A stretch of DNA of 64,000 nucleotides from Thermofilaceae archaeon (GTDB taxonomy: Archaea > Thermoproteota > Thermoprotei > Thermofilales > Thermofilaceae). The stretch is from the NCBI GenBank assembly GCA_038727095.1, contig JAVYWK010000010.1, forward strand, positions 1 through 64,000, given 5' to 3'. Of this stretch, positions 1 through 8,684 are shown piece after piece. The translations under genes were made by a program, and so were the position numbers. The notes beneath the pieces are model-generated. The model was not told where the DNA came from and ran no database searches. It was given only the letters and a program-made list of their open reading frames with translations. How positions within the stretch are numbered: position 1 is the first letter of the stretch; the number at the start of each line of letters is the position of its first letter.

Positions 1-13
1 AAACTTTTCCCGA

Positions 14-1237
14 TCAACCTAAGGGCCTGCCAAACCTCCTCTGGCTGGGCCCTACATGCCCTGAGCTAGTCTGAACGATCACCGTCTTCAAGCCCTGTCC
101 CTCGAGGATCTCCTTCACCCTCAGCATTTCCTCAACTGTGGGCCTTCTCAGCTCCCTCCGCCGGAAAGCCGGGAAATAGTCGAGGACTGTCACCTGGATC
201 TCCTCGCTGATCGCCGCCACCCTGCTCCCCGCCTCCGCGATCTCATCGAGCGTTACGAGAGCCGGGTTGTAGACGAGCCCCAAGCCCAGGTAAACCTTCT
301 CGCGGTAGTTGTCGTAGATGTACTCGGCGATCCGCCACGCGTTCTCCATGTACCTCGCGGCTAGATCCCTGTCCTTTAGGCCGGTGACCCGCGTGTAGGT
401 CTCAACGCGGCTGCACTTCGGCTCCACGCCGATGTTGTTGCAGCCCGCCTCCACCAGCTCATCGACGTATTCGGGCGTGAGGATGGTCCCGTTGCTGTCC
501 AAGTGCCTCCTCACCTTCGGCTCCGTCAGCCTGGCCAGCTCCCTGAAGAAGCCCACAAGCCAGCGCCTGTTCAGCGTCGGCTCGCCGCCGCTGATTGCCA
601 CACCCCTCGTTCGATACCTCCTATGGCAGGAGACCAGCAGTCTCGCAGCTTCAGCGGGCGTGAGCTCGGGGCTCACGTTGTCGTAGGTGACGAGGTAGTT
701 CTGGCACTGGGGGCAGCGCAGGTTGCACCCCGCAGCCCAAACAGCCGCCTCCACGTAGCGCCTGTAATCGACCTCCCACCAGGGCGTGGCTTTACCGCCG
801 ACGAGGTGGGGCTCGGGCCCGTGGATGATCCTCCGAGGCTCCACAGCCTCAATACCAGTCTCAATGCGCATCCCCTCCCTCACCGGCGTGATGCAAGTTC
901 GCTCCAGCTCCCCGTCGATGAGGAGGGCGCAGCTCCAGCAACCCCCAGTTCCACAGGCCAGTGACGGCTCCCTCCCCGGCTCATTGAAGCGGAAACCAGC
1001 GGCTTGAAGCGCAGCGGCAACGGGCACTCCAGCGGGGACGGTGAGAGGCTGCCCGTCCAGGTGGATCGTGACTACCCCCTCGGGCTGCGCCGGCTCAAGC
1101 AGGCGCGCGGAGTAGGGGCAGGCCCAGTAACAGGCTAGGCAGCCTACGCACCTACCCGGCGATCGGCAAGCGGAGACCAGCGTGCAGACCCCGCAGCCTC
1201 TGCACCTCTTCTCGTCGATTTTAACCCGATAAGCCAC
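14..1237 (-). CDS. Radical SAM protein (PFL-activase-like) fused to N-terminal 4Fe-4S ferredoxin and 2Fe-2S domains
   Basis: CRGCGVC and CVGCLACYWACP ferredoxin motifs; CGTGGCWSC...C 2Fe-2S motif; radical SAM CNLRCPQC and SGGEP. Confidence 0.85.
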   Translation of the reverse strand: MAYRVKIDEKRCRGCGVCTLVSACRSPGRCVGCLACYWACPYSARLLEPAQPEGVVTIHLDGQPLTVPAGVPVAAALQAAGFRFNEPGREPSLACGTGGCWSCALLIDGELERTCITPVREGMRIETGIEAVEPRRIIHGPEPHLVGGKATPWWEVDYRRYVEAAVWAAGCNLRCPQCQNYLVTYDNVSPELTPAEAARLLVSCHRRYRTRGVAISGGEPTLNRRWLVGFFRELARLTEPKVRRHLDSNGTILTPEYVDELVEAGCNNIGVEPKCSRVETYTRVTGLKDRDLAARYMENAWRIAEYIYDNYREKVYLGLGLVYNPALVTLDEIAEAGSRVAAISEEIQVTVLDYFPAFRRRELRRPTVEEMLRVKEILEGQGLKTVIVQTSSGHVGPSQRRFGRPLG

Positions 1238-1318
1238 AGGCTAGTAGGCGTTGCAAGCCCTTTAACAGCTCCGCGTACTTGCCGCAAACGCGCCAAAAAG
1301 ATCTTAGAATTGGATGGG

Positions 1319-1534
1319 TTAACGCATCCTAGCGATTCTTTTCAGCTTATCGAGGTCTACCGCCTCTACTCTGCTGCCCACGCGCTTGGCTGCGCCAGCT
1401 GTCACGAGAGCGTCGATAGCATCGTGGGCAGCGTCGCCGTACATCATCTCCAGCTCCCTTAGATCGTAGCTGGTGAGCGTTTTACGCTCGAGTAGCAGCT
1501 TGGCGATTTCAGCGTAGATCCTGCTGAAAGCCAC
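1319..1534 (-). CDS. Small hypothetical protein, possibly winged-helix
   Basis: 71-aa ORF filling the gap, TATA-like element upstream, helix-turn-helix/wing-like pattern. Confidence 0.6.
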   Translation of the reverse strand: MAFSRIYAEIAKLLLERKTLTSYDLRELEMMYGDAAHDAIDALVTAGAAKRVGSRVEAVDLDKLKRIARMR

Positions 1535-1609
1535 GCCTTCGCGCGCTGAAGACCACTTATAAACTTCACGCTTAGCGAAGCTTTAAACATCGCGTAGGCT
1601 GGAGCTGGG

Positions 1610-2371
1610 GTGAAGCTTTCAACCCTAACGTACGCTCAACGCGAGTCGCTTCGCAAGCTCATCCACGTGGCGCTAGCCCTGGTGCTCATCATCCCGTTGA
1701 CCCCCGAGTACGCGTCGCTGTTCTCGTACCTCGGCTCAACCCTCGACCCCGCTCTCTCCAGTTACACCATCCTCCTGTTCTCAGCCCTTTTTGTTTCAAC
1801 CCTCAGGGTGAGGAAGCCTGAGCTAAGGGACTCCATTGTCAGGATAACGAGGGAGGCCCGCAGGACCGTGCTTCAACGATTGAAGGCTCTAGGCCCGCTC
1901 CACGAAGTTGTCGAAGACGTCGAGCGCGCGCTCGATCGAGCCGAGGAGGGGTTCTTCTCGCTGATCGAATCCGTCGAGAGGGATTACGAGAAGCGGTACG
2001 GCTACGTAGCAGCGATCTGCGCTGTAGCTTCGGTTCTGACCAGCTACGCCCTGTTCGGCCCTGCAGCTACGGCGCGCGGGATCCTGGCTCTCGCCATCGT
2101 GGATCCCACCGCCTCGCTGGTCACGCTCTTCCTCCCGAGGGGGCGCAAGATTCTGAAGCACTATGCCCACTCGCCACTCGCCGCAGCCGCACTCTTCACG
2201 CTGGCTCTGGTGGCGTTTGGCGAAAAGCCGGCGCGCGCTGTAATCCTCAGCTTGATCGCCGCCCTCATCGAGCTCATATCGCCGGAGGACAACCTAACGC
2301 TCCCATTCGGCGTCGCTGGCTTCCACGTGCTGCTATCGGCCCTAAGCGACCTGATGCACCTCCCTAGCTAG
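1610..2371 (+). CDS. Dolichol kinase / CTP-dependent polyprenol kinase-like membrane protein
   Basis: RKLIH N-terminal motif, DPTASLV, C-terminal EDNLTLP, several TM segments. Confidence 0.7.
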   Translation: MKLSTLTYAQRESLRKLIHVALALVLIIPLTPEYASLFSYLGSTLDPALSSYTILLFSALFVSTLRVRKPELRDSIVRITREARRTVLQRLKALGPLHEVVEDVERALDRAEEGFFSLIESVERDYEKRYGYVAAICAVASVLTSYALFGPAATARGILALAIVDPTASLVTLFLPRGRKILKHYAHSPLAAAALFTLALVAFGEKPARAVILSLIAALIELISPEDNLTLPFGVAGFHVLLSALSDLMHLPS

Positions 2372-2635
2372 CACCCTCCGCACGATGAAGGCGACGGCGA
2401 GCAGCACGATTGAGAGCGCTATCGCAACAATGAGCAGGGGGAGGGCTTGGCTGCCAACCCCAAAGCACACGGGCACGAAGAGCACGAGGATGCAGCCGCC
2501 CACGCCCACCAGCGCGCCTGGCGCAGCGAGGAGCAGCAGAGCGGCTATAACTGCTAGCGCGAACCCGGCTAGCACGAGGGCCAGTCCGACCTTCCAGAGG
2601 ACCGGTTCGCCGCGAGTGTGGTTCACGCTCACCAC
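2342..2635 (-). CDS. Small membrane protein, DUF131-like
   Basis: Hydrophobic; GGCILVLFVPVCFG resembles the DUF131 GGxxxIGPxPIxFG motif. Confidence 0.6.
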   Translation of the reverse strand: MVSVNHTRGEPVLWKVGLALVLAGFALAVIAALLLLAAPGALVGVGGCILVLFVPVCFGVGSQALPLLIVAIALSIVLLAVAFIVRRVLAREVHQVA

Positions 2636-2932
2636 CTAGACCCTGATCAGTACCGGCAGCAGCCAGGCCAAGAGGAGGAAGACAGCTACGGCGAAGGCGG
2701 TGAGGATGATGGCTAGGAGGACCAGGGGTTTCACGATTCTTTCTCCGGTTGCGAAGGCGATGGGGAGTGGCCCGAGGATCAGTACCGCACCCCCTTCGGC
2801 GCGGCGCTCACCCCTCCCCGCCCTGAAGGCTGACAGCAGAAGAACCAGGGTGCCGGCTACCACCAGCAGGAATGCAGCCGCGAAGAGCAGCAGCGCAACC
2901 TCCACCGCGCTCATCGTTTTACAGCTATACAC
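2636..2932 (-). CDS. DUF131 (TIGR00304) family membrane protein
   Basis: EGGAVLILGPLPIAF motif between two TM helices. Confidence 0.75.
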   Translation of the reverse strand: MYSCKTMSAVEVALLLFAAAFLLVVAGTLVLLLSAFRAGRGERRAEGGAVLILGPLPIAFATGERIVKPLVLLAIILTAFAVAVFLLLAWLLPVLIRV

Positions 2933-2937
2933 AACCT

Positions 2938-3816
2938 TTAAACGCGTTTCTCCAGCAGCCGCTCAGCGTTCTGCCGCAGGATCCTCCTCAAAGCCCGGTT
3001 GGGCAGGCAGAGCTTGAGGAGGAAGTCCAGGTGGGAGCGGTCGGGGCCGAACTGGCCGCTATCGGAGAGGCAGGGGAAATCGGTTCCGAAGATCAGCTTC
3101 TCCTGGAACTCCTCTATGAAGCGGAGGGCGTGCTCGGGGTCCCTCCTCAGAGCGTTTAAGCCGGAGTTCGCTGAGATGTCCGCGTAGAGGTTGTCGAAGC
3201 GCCTCAGCAGCTCGTGGACAAGACCCTCCCCTCTTACGGGCCCGCCCGGGTACAGGTTTCCAGCCCCCTCGGCAGAGATGCGGGACCACCAGCCGGGCCC
3301 GTGGACGACGAGCTTCAAGTCGGGTAGCCCCTTCAGAACCTCGGCTAGCGCTTCTACGCCGTGGCAGTAGTGGAAGTAGGGCCCCTCCTCCACGTGGATC
3401 AGCGCTGGCAGGCCGAGCGACTCAGCGGCTCTCAGCAGCTTCAGGAGGCGGGGGTCGTCGATTCTCAAGCCCACCTTCACCTCGCCCAAGCCTCTGCACC
3501 CCGCCTCCACCAGCTTCTTCAGCGCGGACACAGCATCTCGCCGCAGAGGGCTGGGGCAGCAGAAGGCGATCAGCCTCCCCTGGTGGGGTTGAACCTCCCT
3601 GAGAAGCTGCGAGTTCGATAGGAAGGAGGCGTAGGGGTCCGCGCGCGGGGGGATGGAGAGCACTACCGCCCTTTCGACGCCGGCCTCGTCCATGTAGCTG
3701 AGGAGGTCGCCGAGGCTGGACTCAACCCAGCCCTTGATCCGAGGGTTGAAGGAGAGCACTCTACCCACGTGGGTGTGGAAGTCGATTGGCTCCACCGGGA
3801 GCTGCTTAACACTCAC
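2938..3816 (-). CDS. Amidohydrolase family protein (start reassigned to GTG 3816)
   Basis: IDFHTH metal motif, GLGEVK, ALIH, VVHGPG, LYADIS, IFGTDFP; the longer ORF-track start overlaps the GH4 gene. Confidence 0.85.
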   Translation of the reverse strand: MSVKQLPVEPIDFHTHVGRVLSFNPRIKGWVESSLGDLLSYMDEAGVERAVVLSIPPRADPYASFLSNSQLLREVQPHQGRLIAFCCPSPLRRDAVSALKKLVEAGCRGLGEVKVGLRIDDPRLLKLLRAAESLGLPALIHVEEGPYFHYCHGVEALAEVLKGLPDLKLVVHGPGWWSRISAEGAGNLYPGGPVRGEGLVHELLRRFDNLYADISANSGLNALRRDPEHALRFIEEFQEKLIFGTDFPCLSDSGQFGPDRSHLDFLLKLCLPNRALRRILRQNAERLLEKRV

Positions 3817-3854
3817 GAGAGCGGAAGAGAAAAGCTGGTTGAAAACGGTTGCCG

Positions 3855-5228
3855 CTACTTGAAGTGCTCCGCCATCTCCCTGTTCTCCGGCATCGATAGT
3901 ATGTCGTTGATCACAGCGTCCACCTGCTCGGTCGACTTGGTCCTCGGGTCCACGATGAGCCACTCGAAGAGCACGTCTCTCCCGCCCTCGAGGAAGGCCT
4001 CGAGCGCCCACTCCATCCGCATCATCCGGGGCCAGATCACGTGCTTCATGATGCGGCTCGGCAGCCTGAGGCCGTATACCCTGTGCACCCCCCTCCCGTC
4101 CACGTAGGCTGGAACTTCGACGGCCACGTCGTCCGGTATCCCGACGATCGACCCCTGGTTGGGGATGTTCAGCTGGTAGAGCCCCCTCTTGTCGTTGACG
4201 AGCGAGTCGATCAGTGGGGCGACGGACTCGAGGCTCCTCTTCGGCGGCAGGATCCTGGTGAGCGGTGTCTTCTGGTCGGCGACAGCCTCCTTGAAGGACT
4301 CGATGATCATCGCCTGCATGTCCATGTACCACTTCCATCCGATCTCGCTGTCAGGCCCGCCCGTCGGCCCGTACCACCTCCGCTTCGTCTCGAGGTTCCA
4401 GTGGTACTTCCAAGTCCCGCCCCTCACTGTGTCGCCGACGGGGAAGAGACCGTAGGTCCTGTACATGTCCACAGCTGCTGGCGACATCTGAACGTCGAAG
4501 GGGTTGCTCTGGTACTGCCTCCACCGGCTCCAGTACTCCTCAGCCCTCTTCTCGATCCACTCGTCGATCAGTGGGTACGCGTCCTCCCCCTCGTACTCGA
4601 ACCGGGTTAACCAGATGACGTGGTTGAAGCCGATAGCCTCGAACTCCACCTTGTCGGGGTCTAGGCCGAGCTCGCTCGCGATCTCCCTGTAGCCGAGGTG
4701 GCCGTGGCAGAGGCCGATGACCTTAACCTTCGTCCTCCTGCTGATCAGCGTCGTCAGCTCGAAGACGGGGTTCGCAATCTGGAGCAACCAGGCGTCTGGT
4801 GCTAGCTCCTCGATGTCTCTCGCGATCTCCATGGCCAGTTTGAACTGGTAGTACCCCCAGATCGTGTGGTAGTCGCTCACCATGTTCCACTCAACGCTGT
4901 TAATACCACGGTAGTAGCCGTGTTTCTCGGAGATCTCGCGCATGCGCTCGTAGTAGCCGTGGCCCATAGCCATAGCGGTGTTGATGACGAAGTCCGCGTC
5001 CCTGATGGCCTCCCTCCGGTCTAGGGTGGCCTCAAACTTGAGGTCGGCCTTCACCTCCCTGGCGTACCGGGTTGCAATCGCGTGGACGAGCTTCAACCTC
5101 TCCTCGTTGATATCCATCAAGCTCACAGTGCTCCCGCGCAAGTCCGGAGTCATGCAGAGATCCCTGATCAGCGTCGCCGACCAAGCCACGCTACCAGCGC
5201 CTATGACGGCTATCTTTACACCCGTCAC
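3855..5228 (-). CDS. Family 4 glycoside hydrolase (NAD+/Mn-dependent alpha-glucosidase/galactosidase type)
   Basis: IAVIGAGS Rossmann motif, ANPV, catalytic GLCHG, GFNH, VEVPA. Confidence 0.92.
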   Translation of the reverse strand: MTGVKIAVIGAGSVAWSATLIRDLCMTPDLRGSTVSLMDINEERLKLVHAIATRYAREVKADLKFEATLDRREAIRDADFVINTAMAMGHGYYERMREISEKHGYYRGINSVEWNMVSDYHTIWGYYQFKLAMEIARDIEELAPDAWLLQIANPVFELTTLISRRTKVKVIGLCHGHLGYREIASELGLDPDKVEFEAIGFNHVIWLTRFEYEGEDAYPLIDEWIEKRAEEYWSRWRQYQSNPFDVQMSPAAVDMYRTYGLFPVGDTVRGGTWKYHWNLETKRRWYGPTGGPDSEIGWKWYMDMQAMIIESFKEAVADQKTPLTRILPPKRSLESVAPLIDSLVNDKRGLYQLNIPNQGSIVGIPDDVAVEVPAYVDGRGVHRVYGLRLPSRIMKHVIWPRMMRMEWALEAFLEGGRDVLFEWLIVDPRTKSTEQVDAVINDILSMPENREMAEHFK

Positions 5229-5350
5229 GGTGATCTGTGCTTCTAGTGATACTTTTGCTTAACGTTACACTCGCTGCCAGCTCGTGAACAAGGCGTGGCA
5301 CAGGTTATGCCAGTGGAAAGCTTTATGTGTAACAAAGTTTCAGCCTGCTC

Positions 5351-6439
5351 ATGATTAGAGCTCTCACGCTGTTAGTGCTACTAACCACTCTGTTTTCGCT
5401 TGTTCTTGCAAAACCGATTCACTGGATGAGCTATGAGGAAGCTTTGGCTGAAGCTCCAAGATCGGGAAAGCTCGTCTATGTTTACTTCTACTCGGAAACT
5501 TGCCCAGCTTGCCGCCTCATGGAGGAGGTTCTTAACGATTCTCGCGTTACTAGTGCGCTCAACACCGGCTTCATACCCGTGAGAGTTAACGTGAAGGCTC
5601 GTCCCGACCTAGCCTCCGCTTTTATGGTTCCGGGGACGCCTGCTCACCTTTTTGTCTGCCCAAATGGCACCCCCCTCGGAGGATCACTGGGCTACAAGGA
5701 CGTTGAAGGCTTCCTCGAGCTCCTCAAAATCGCTCAGGATCAAGCTCGGCAACGGTGTTCAGGCTTTGCCGCCTCCAGTAAAAAGAATCTATCGGAGGAT
5801 AATTATGTTTTGGAGTTAACCATGGCATTTACGTTCTCGCTGCTCCTAGGTCTAACGACAGCGTTTTCACCGTGCATCTTACCCCTCTTGCCCATTGTAT
5901 ACCTGATAGCGTCGAAAGGTGGAAGAAGAGGTGCGGCATGGTTCACGCTCGGACTCTTTTCGCTTAGCTCACTGATAGGTACAGTAGCGTCAGGTTTCCT
6001 CCTTTCAGCGCGCTCTTTCGCAGAACCTATAGCCTACGCGCTCCTTCTCTTCGCTGGGTTGGTGCTACTCTTCGATCGGTTGGGTAAATGGTTATCTTAC
6101 ATAACTAGTCGCGTAGCGACGACTGTGACCAATGCTACGAGAACCGTAAACTCCTTTATACTAGGCGCAACTGCCACCATCATATGGGGACCCTGCGCTG
6201 CGCCAATGATTACCGCGGCTTTCGCACTTACAACTTTCGCGGCCCGCAGCCCCGTTGAGGCGGCTGGCATTAGTGTAGCGTTCGCAGCTGGTTTCGCACT
6301 GACAGTGTATACACTCACTGTAGGTTTTCGGAAAGCCAGATCCCTTGCAAACCGCGCTAAAGCACTGAAGAAAGTGAATAAAGCCTTGGGGTTAGCAATG
6401 ATAATAACCTCACTTCTTCACTTCGTGGGCCTCTATTGA
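5351..6439 (+). CDS. ccdA: Thioredoxin-fold (CPAC) plus CcdA/DsbD-beta fusion protein
   Basis: Signal peptide, YFYSETCPAC, then TM domain with SPCILPLLP and WGPCAAP cysteine motifs. Confidence 0.85.
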   Translation: MIRALTLLVLLTTLFSLVLAKPIHWMSYEEALAEAPRSGKLVYVYFYSETCPACRLMEEVLNDSRVTSALNTGFIPVRVNVKARPDLASAFMVPGTPAHLFVCPNGTPLGGSLGYKDVEGFLELLKIAQDQARQRCSGFAASSKKNLSEDNYVLELTMAFTFSLLLGLTTAFSPCILPLLPIVYLIASKGGRRGAAWFTLGLFSLSSLIGTVASGFLLSARSFAEPIAYALLLFAGLVLLFDRLGKWLSYITSRVATTVTNATRTVNSFILGATATIIWGPCAAPMITAAFALTTFAARSPVEAAGISVAFAAGFALTVYTLTVGFRKARSLANRAKALKKVNKALGLAMIITSLLHFVGLY

Positions 6440-6556
6440 ATAATATTATTTTAGGTATCGGAAAGAGAATGTTAAGATTATTGAGCTCTATTCTTGAATC
6501 AAGAAGTGTATTGAAAATGTGTGGTTATACTCTATCATTAATTATTTTTTATCTTA

Positions 6557-6584
6557 ATATTATCGATTTCAAAATCGATAATAT
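6557..6584. repeat. Perfect 13-bp inverted repeat in an AT-rich gap between convergent genes
   Basis: ATATTATCGATTT-CA-AAATCGATAATAT. Confidence 0.8.
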
Positions 6585-6679
6585 GAATTATCTTGGATTT
6601 AGTAGAATAAAGAAAATTATAGATCATGCTTACCTTACCTTAAACATAATCACGGATAAAGCTATCGAGTGGTTGTATC

Positions 6680-8587
6680 TCACCACGGTTTAATCCATGT
6701 GGCCTTCGATATCAGCATTAGTGCAATACCTATGCCGAGCACTATACCTTGACCTGTCGTTAAACCTGCTACGATAATTGATTTCCTCCTATCCCAGTCC
6801 TTGATGAACCTTCTAAGCACGAAGTTGCTTAAACACGATCCTATGAAAACCGGGATCGTATACGGGGGTATCGTCATACTTCCGGTCACAATACCCATTG
6901 ATGAGAATGGGATGCTAAAACTTCTAGCTAGAAACTCGCCAACAAGTAAAACGCTCAGCATGCCGCCGAATGAGTAGTAAAATAGCCAAGGCTTTACGCT
7001 TATCCCCCCTGTAATCCACACAGCGCCGCCCACCAACGCCGCCGGCCAAGCAGCTAGGGCGTAAGGGTAAGCGTTGCTTGGTATCGGCGCGAGACGCCAG
7101 AAGAACTCAGTCCAGACGAAGCTGAAAACGTTGTAGAGAATTATGCTGAACACGAGGGCTTTTAGGACATCTGATGGTCTCGTATCCGTTAAGTAGCCAA
7201 CTTTAATCATGTAGACCCAATAGGGGGCTCCTCCCTCCAATGAAGGTAAACCTCCTATTACCGGGCTAAAGATCCACGCCTTTACACCTTTATAGCCACT
7301 CAGGTAAACGATCGTGTTCCACTCGTACGGTATCGAGATGGAGTATCCGGTTTCTCCTATCGAACGCGTAGTGATCATAGCGTTTAACAGTGAGAGCACC
7401 AACGAAGCGAAGAAAGCCATCAGTAACGGGAACTCGGGCACAAGAATGCCGAAAAGTATCACAGAGCCTATTGAACCGACAAGGTACATCACGATCATCC
7501 TCCAGAAGGCTGGGTACCCGCTAGCGGTTCTTAACCTTATAAATGATCGGAAAGCATTGACGATTGTTCTGGCGCCAAAAATTAGGAACACAACAACAGA
7601 GGCGTACGCGAACGCTATCTGAGGGACTATCCATACCCTCAGTAGAGAGCGGGCGTAGACTTGCTCTAAACTCATGCCCTGGAAATACTCATTTACCCAC
7701 TCCGGGAATGAATCTCTAAACAGTGTGAGTGTAAGAGGGGTGCCCACTAGCCAGATTGCAAGGGACGAGATCAACATACATGAAGCAACATGAAGCGGGA
7801 TAAAGAGACCGGACAGGTAGGGCAGAAGGTCCGTCGCTAGACCTAGAAGAGCTCCGGGCAACCATTTAGCAACAAATGTTGTGAGATCAATCCATGGTAA
7901 CGGAATTAGCCGGATACCGGTGAGCGATGGAATCAGGTAGAGTACTGCTCCCCATACGACCCCCGGATAGATGGAGTAGACGAACATTCTCATTCTATCA
8001 GGGTCTCTTTCACTCAATGTGGAGACTAGTGCTGCATCTATTGTAGCAAGAGGGAAAGGTAGCTTCTCGGTTTCAATGTAGAGGTGAGCCATCAGCACCG
8101 TTAAGCTGAGCTCGATTAGGTAGAAGAAGAGTCCTGATTGTATATTAACTATCAAAAGGGGTAACAACCAGTCGGGATGGATGAACGTTCGCAGCACATA
8201 CGCTTCGGACATCGGCGGAGGAGCCCACCAAGAAGGTATGAGCTGAGGTAAAGGTACTCCATCCAACTTGAATGACCAAGCCAAAGGCGAAGTCATAAAA
8301 TAGCTCTTCTGAACTTGGTATAGGTAGCATGTTGTAGCTCCTGCAGCGAGCGCTGACATCTGGTAAATTATAAAAAGCTCCTGTTTAGCGAGAGGGTTCC
8401 CCGTCATTCTAGTTACTTCGGAAAAAATCAAAGCCATGAGAATCGCCACAGCGGGTAGAGAACCTATCCCCGCCACTAATTGGACATAGATCGAGATAGG
8501 CGTGAAAACAAGCACGGTTAGTAAGATGGCGAAAGCCGCTCTCCATGTAAAACCCGGTTTGAGTTCTTGAGAATCTCTCTCTTCCAC
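6680..8587 (-). CDS. OPT-like polytopic membrane protein (module copy 1, subunit A)
   Basis: Many TM segments; GFTWRA N-terminus, EKLPFP motif, PIPSNAYP; paralog of 56354-58291. Confidence 0.8.
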   Translation of the reverse strand: MEERDSQELKPGFTWRAAFAILLTVLVFTPISIYVQLVAGIGSLPAVAILMALIFSEVTRMTGNPLAKQELFIIYQMSALAAGATTCYLYQVQKSYFMTSPLAWSFKLDGVPLPQLIPSWWAPPPMSEAYVLRTFIHPDWLLPLLIVNIQSGLFFYLIELSLTVLMAHLYIETEKLPFPLATIDAALVSTLSERDPDRMRMFVYSIYPGVVWGAVLYLIPSLTGIRLIPLPWIDLTTFVAKWLPGALLGLATDLLPYLSGLFIPLHVASCMLISSLAIWLVGTPLTLTLFRDSFPEWVNEYFQGMSLEQVYARSLLRVWIVPQIAFAYASVVVFLIFGARTIVNAFRSFIRLRTASGYPAFWRMIVMYLVGSIGSVILFGILVPEFPLLMAFFASLVLSLLNAMITTRSIGETGYSISIPYEWNTIVYLSGYKGVKAWIFSPVIGGLPSLEGGAPYWVYMIKVGYLTDTRPSDVLKALVFSIILYNVFSFVWTEFFWRLAPIPSNAYPYALAAWPAALVGGAVWITGGISVKPWLFYYSFGGMLSVLLVGEFLARSFSIPFSSMGIVTGSMTIPPYTIPVFIGSCLSNFVLRRFIKDWDRRKSIIVAGLTTGQGIVLGIGIALMLISKATWIKPW

Positions 8588-8684
8588 ACTCTCCTTACAG
8601 TGAAAAGCCCTATTTAAGTTTTAATTATTCCATATATGTGTTTACGAGGGAAAAATTAAAAAATGTCTCGTACTCGACAAAAAT

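Noticed and set aside
3817-4338. N-terminal extension of the amidohydrolase ORF (similar extensions at 23976-24437, 24693-24806, 29001-29432, 48703-49047)
   Set aside because: Out-of-frame or antisense overlap with real genes or promoters; family motifs begin downstream
6436-6693. 85-aa ORF in the AT-rich gap
   Set aside because: Composition mirrors AT-rich non-coding DNA, TTG start, no motif
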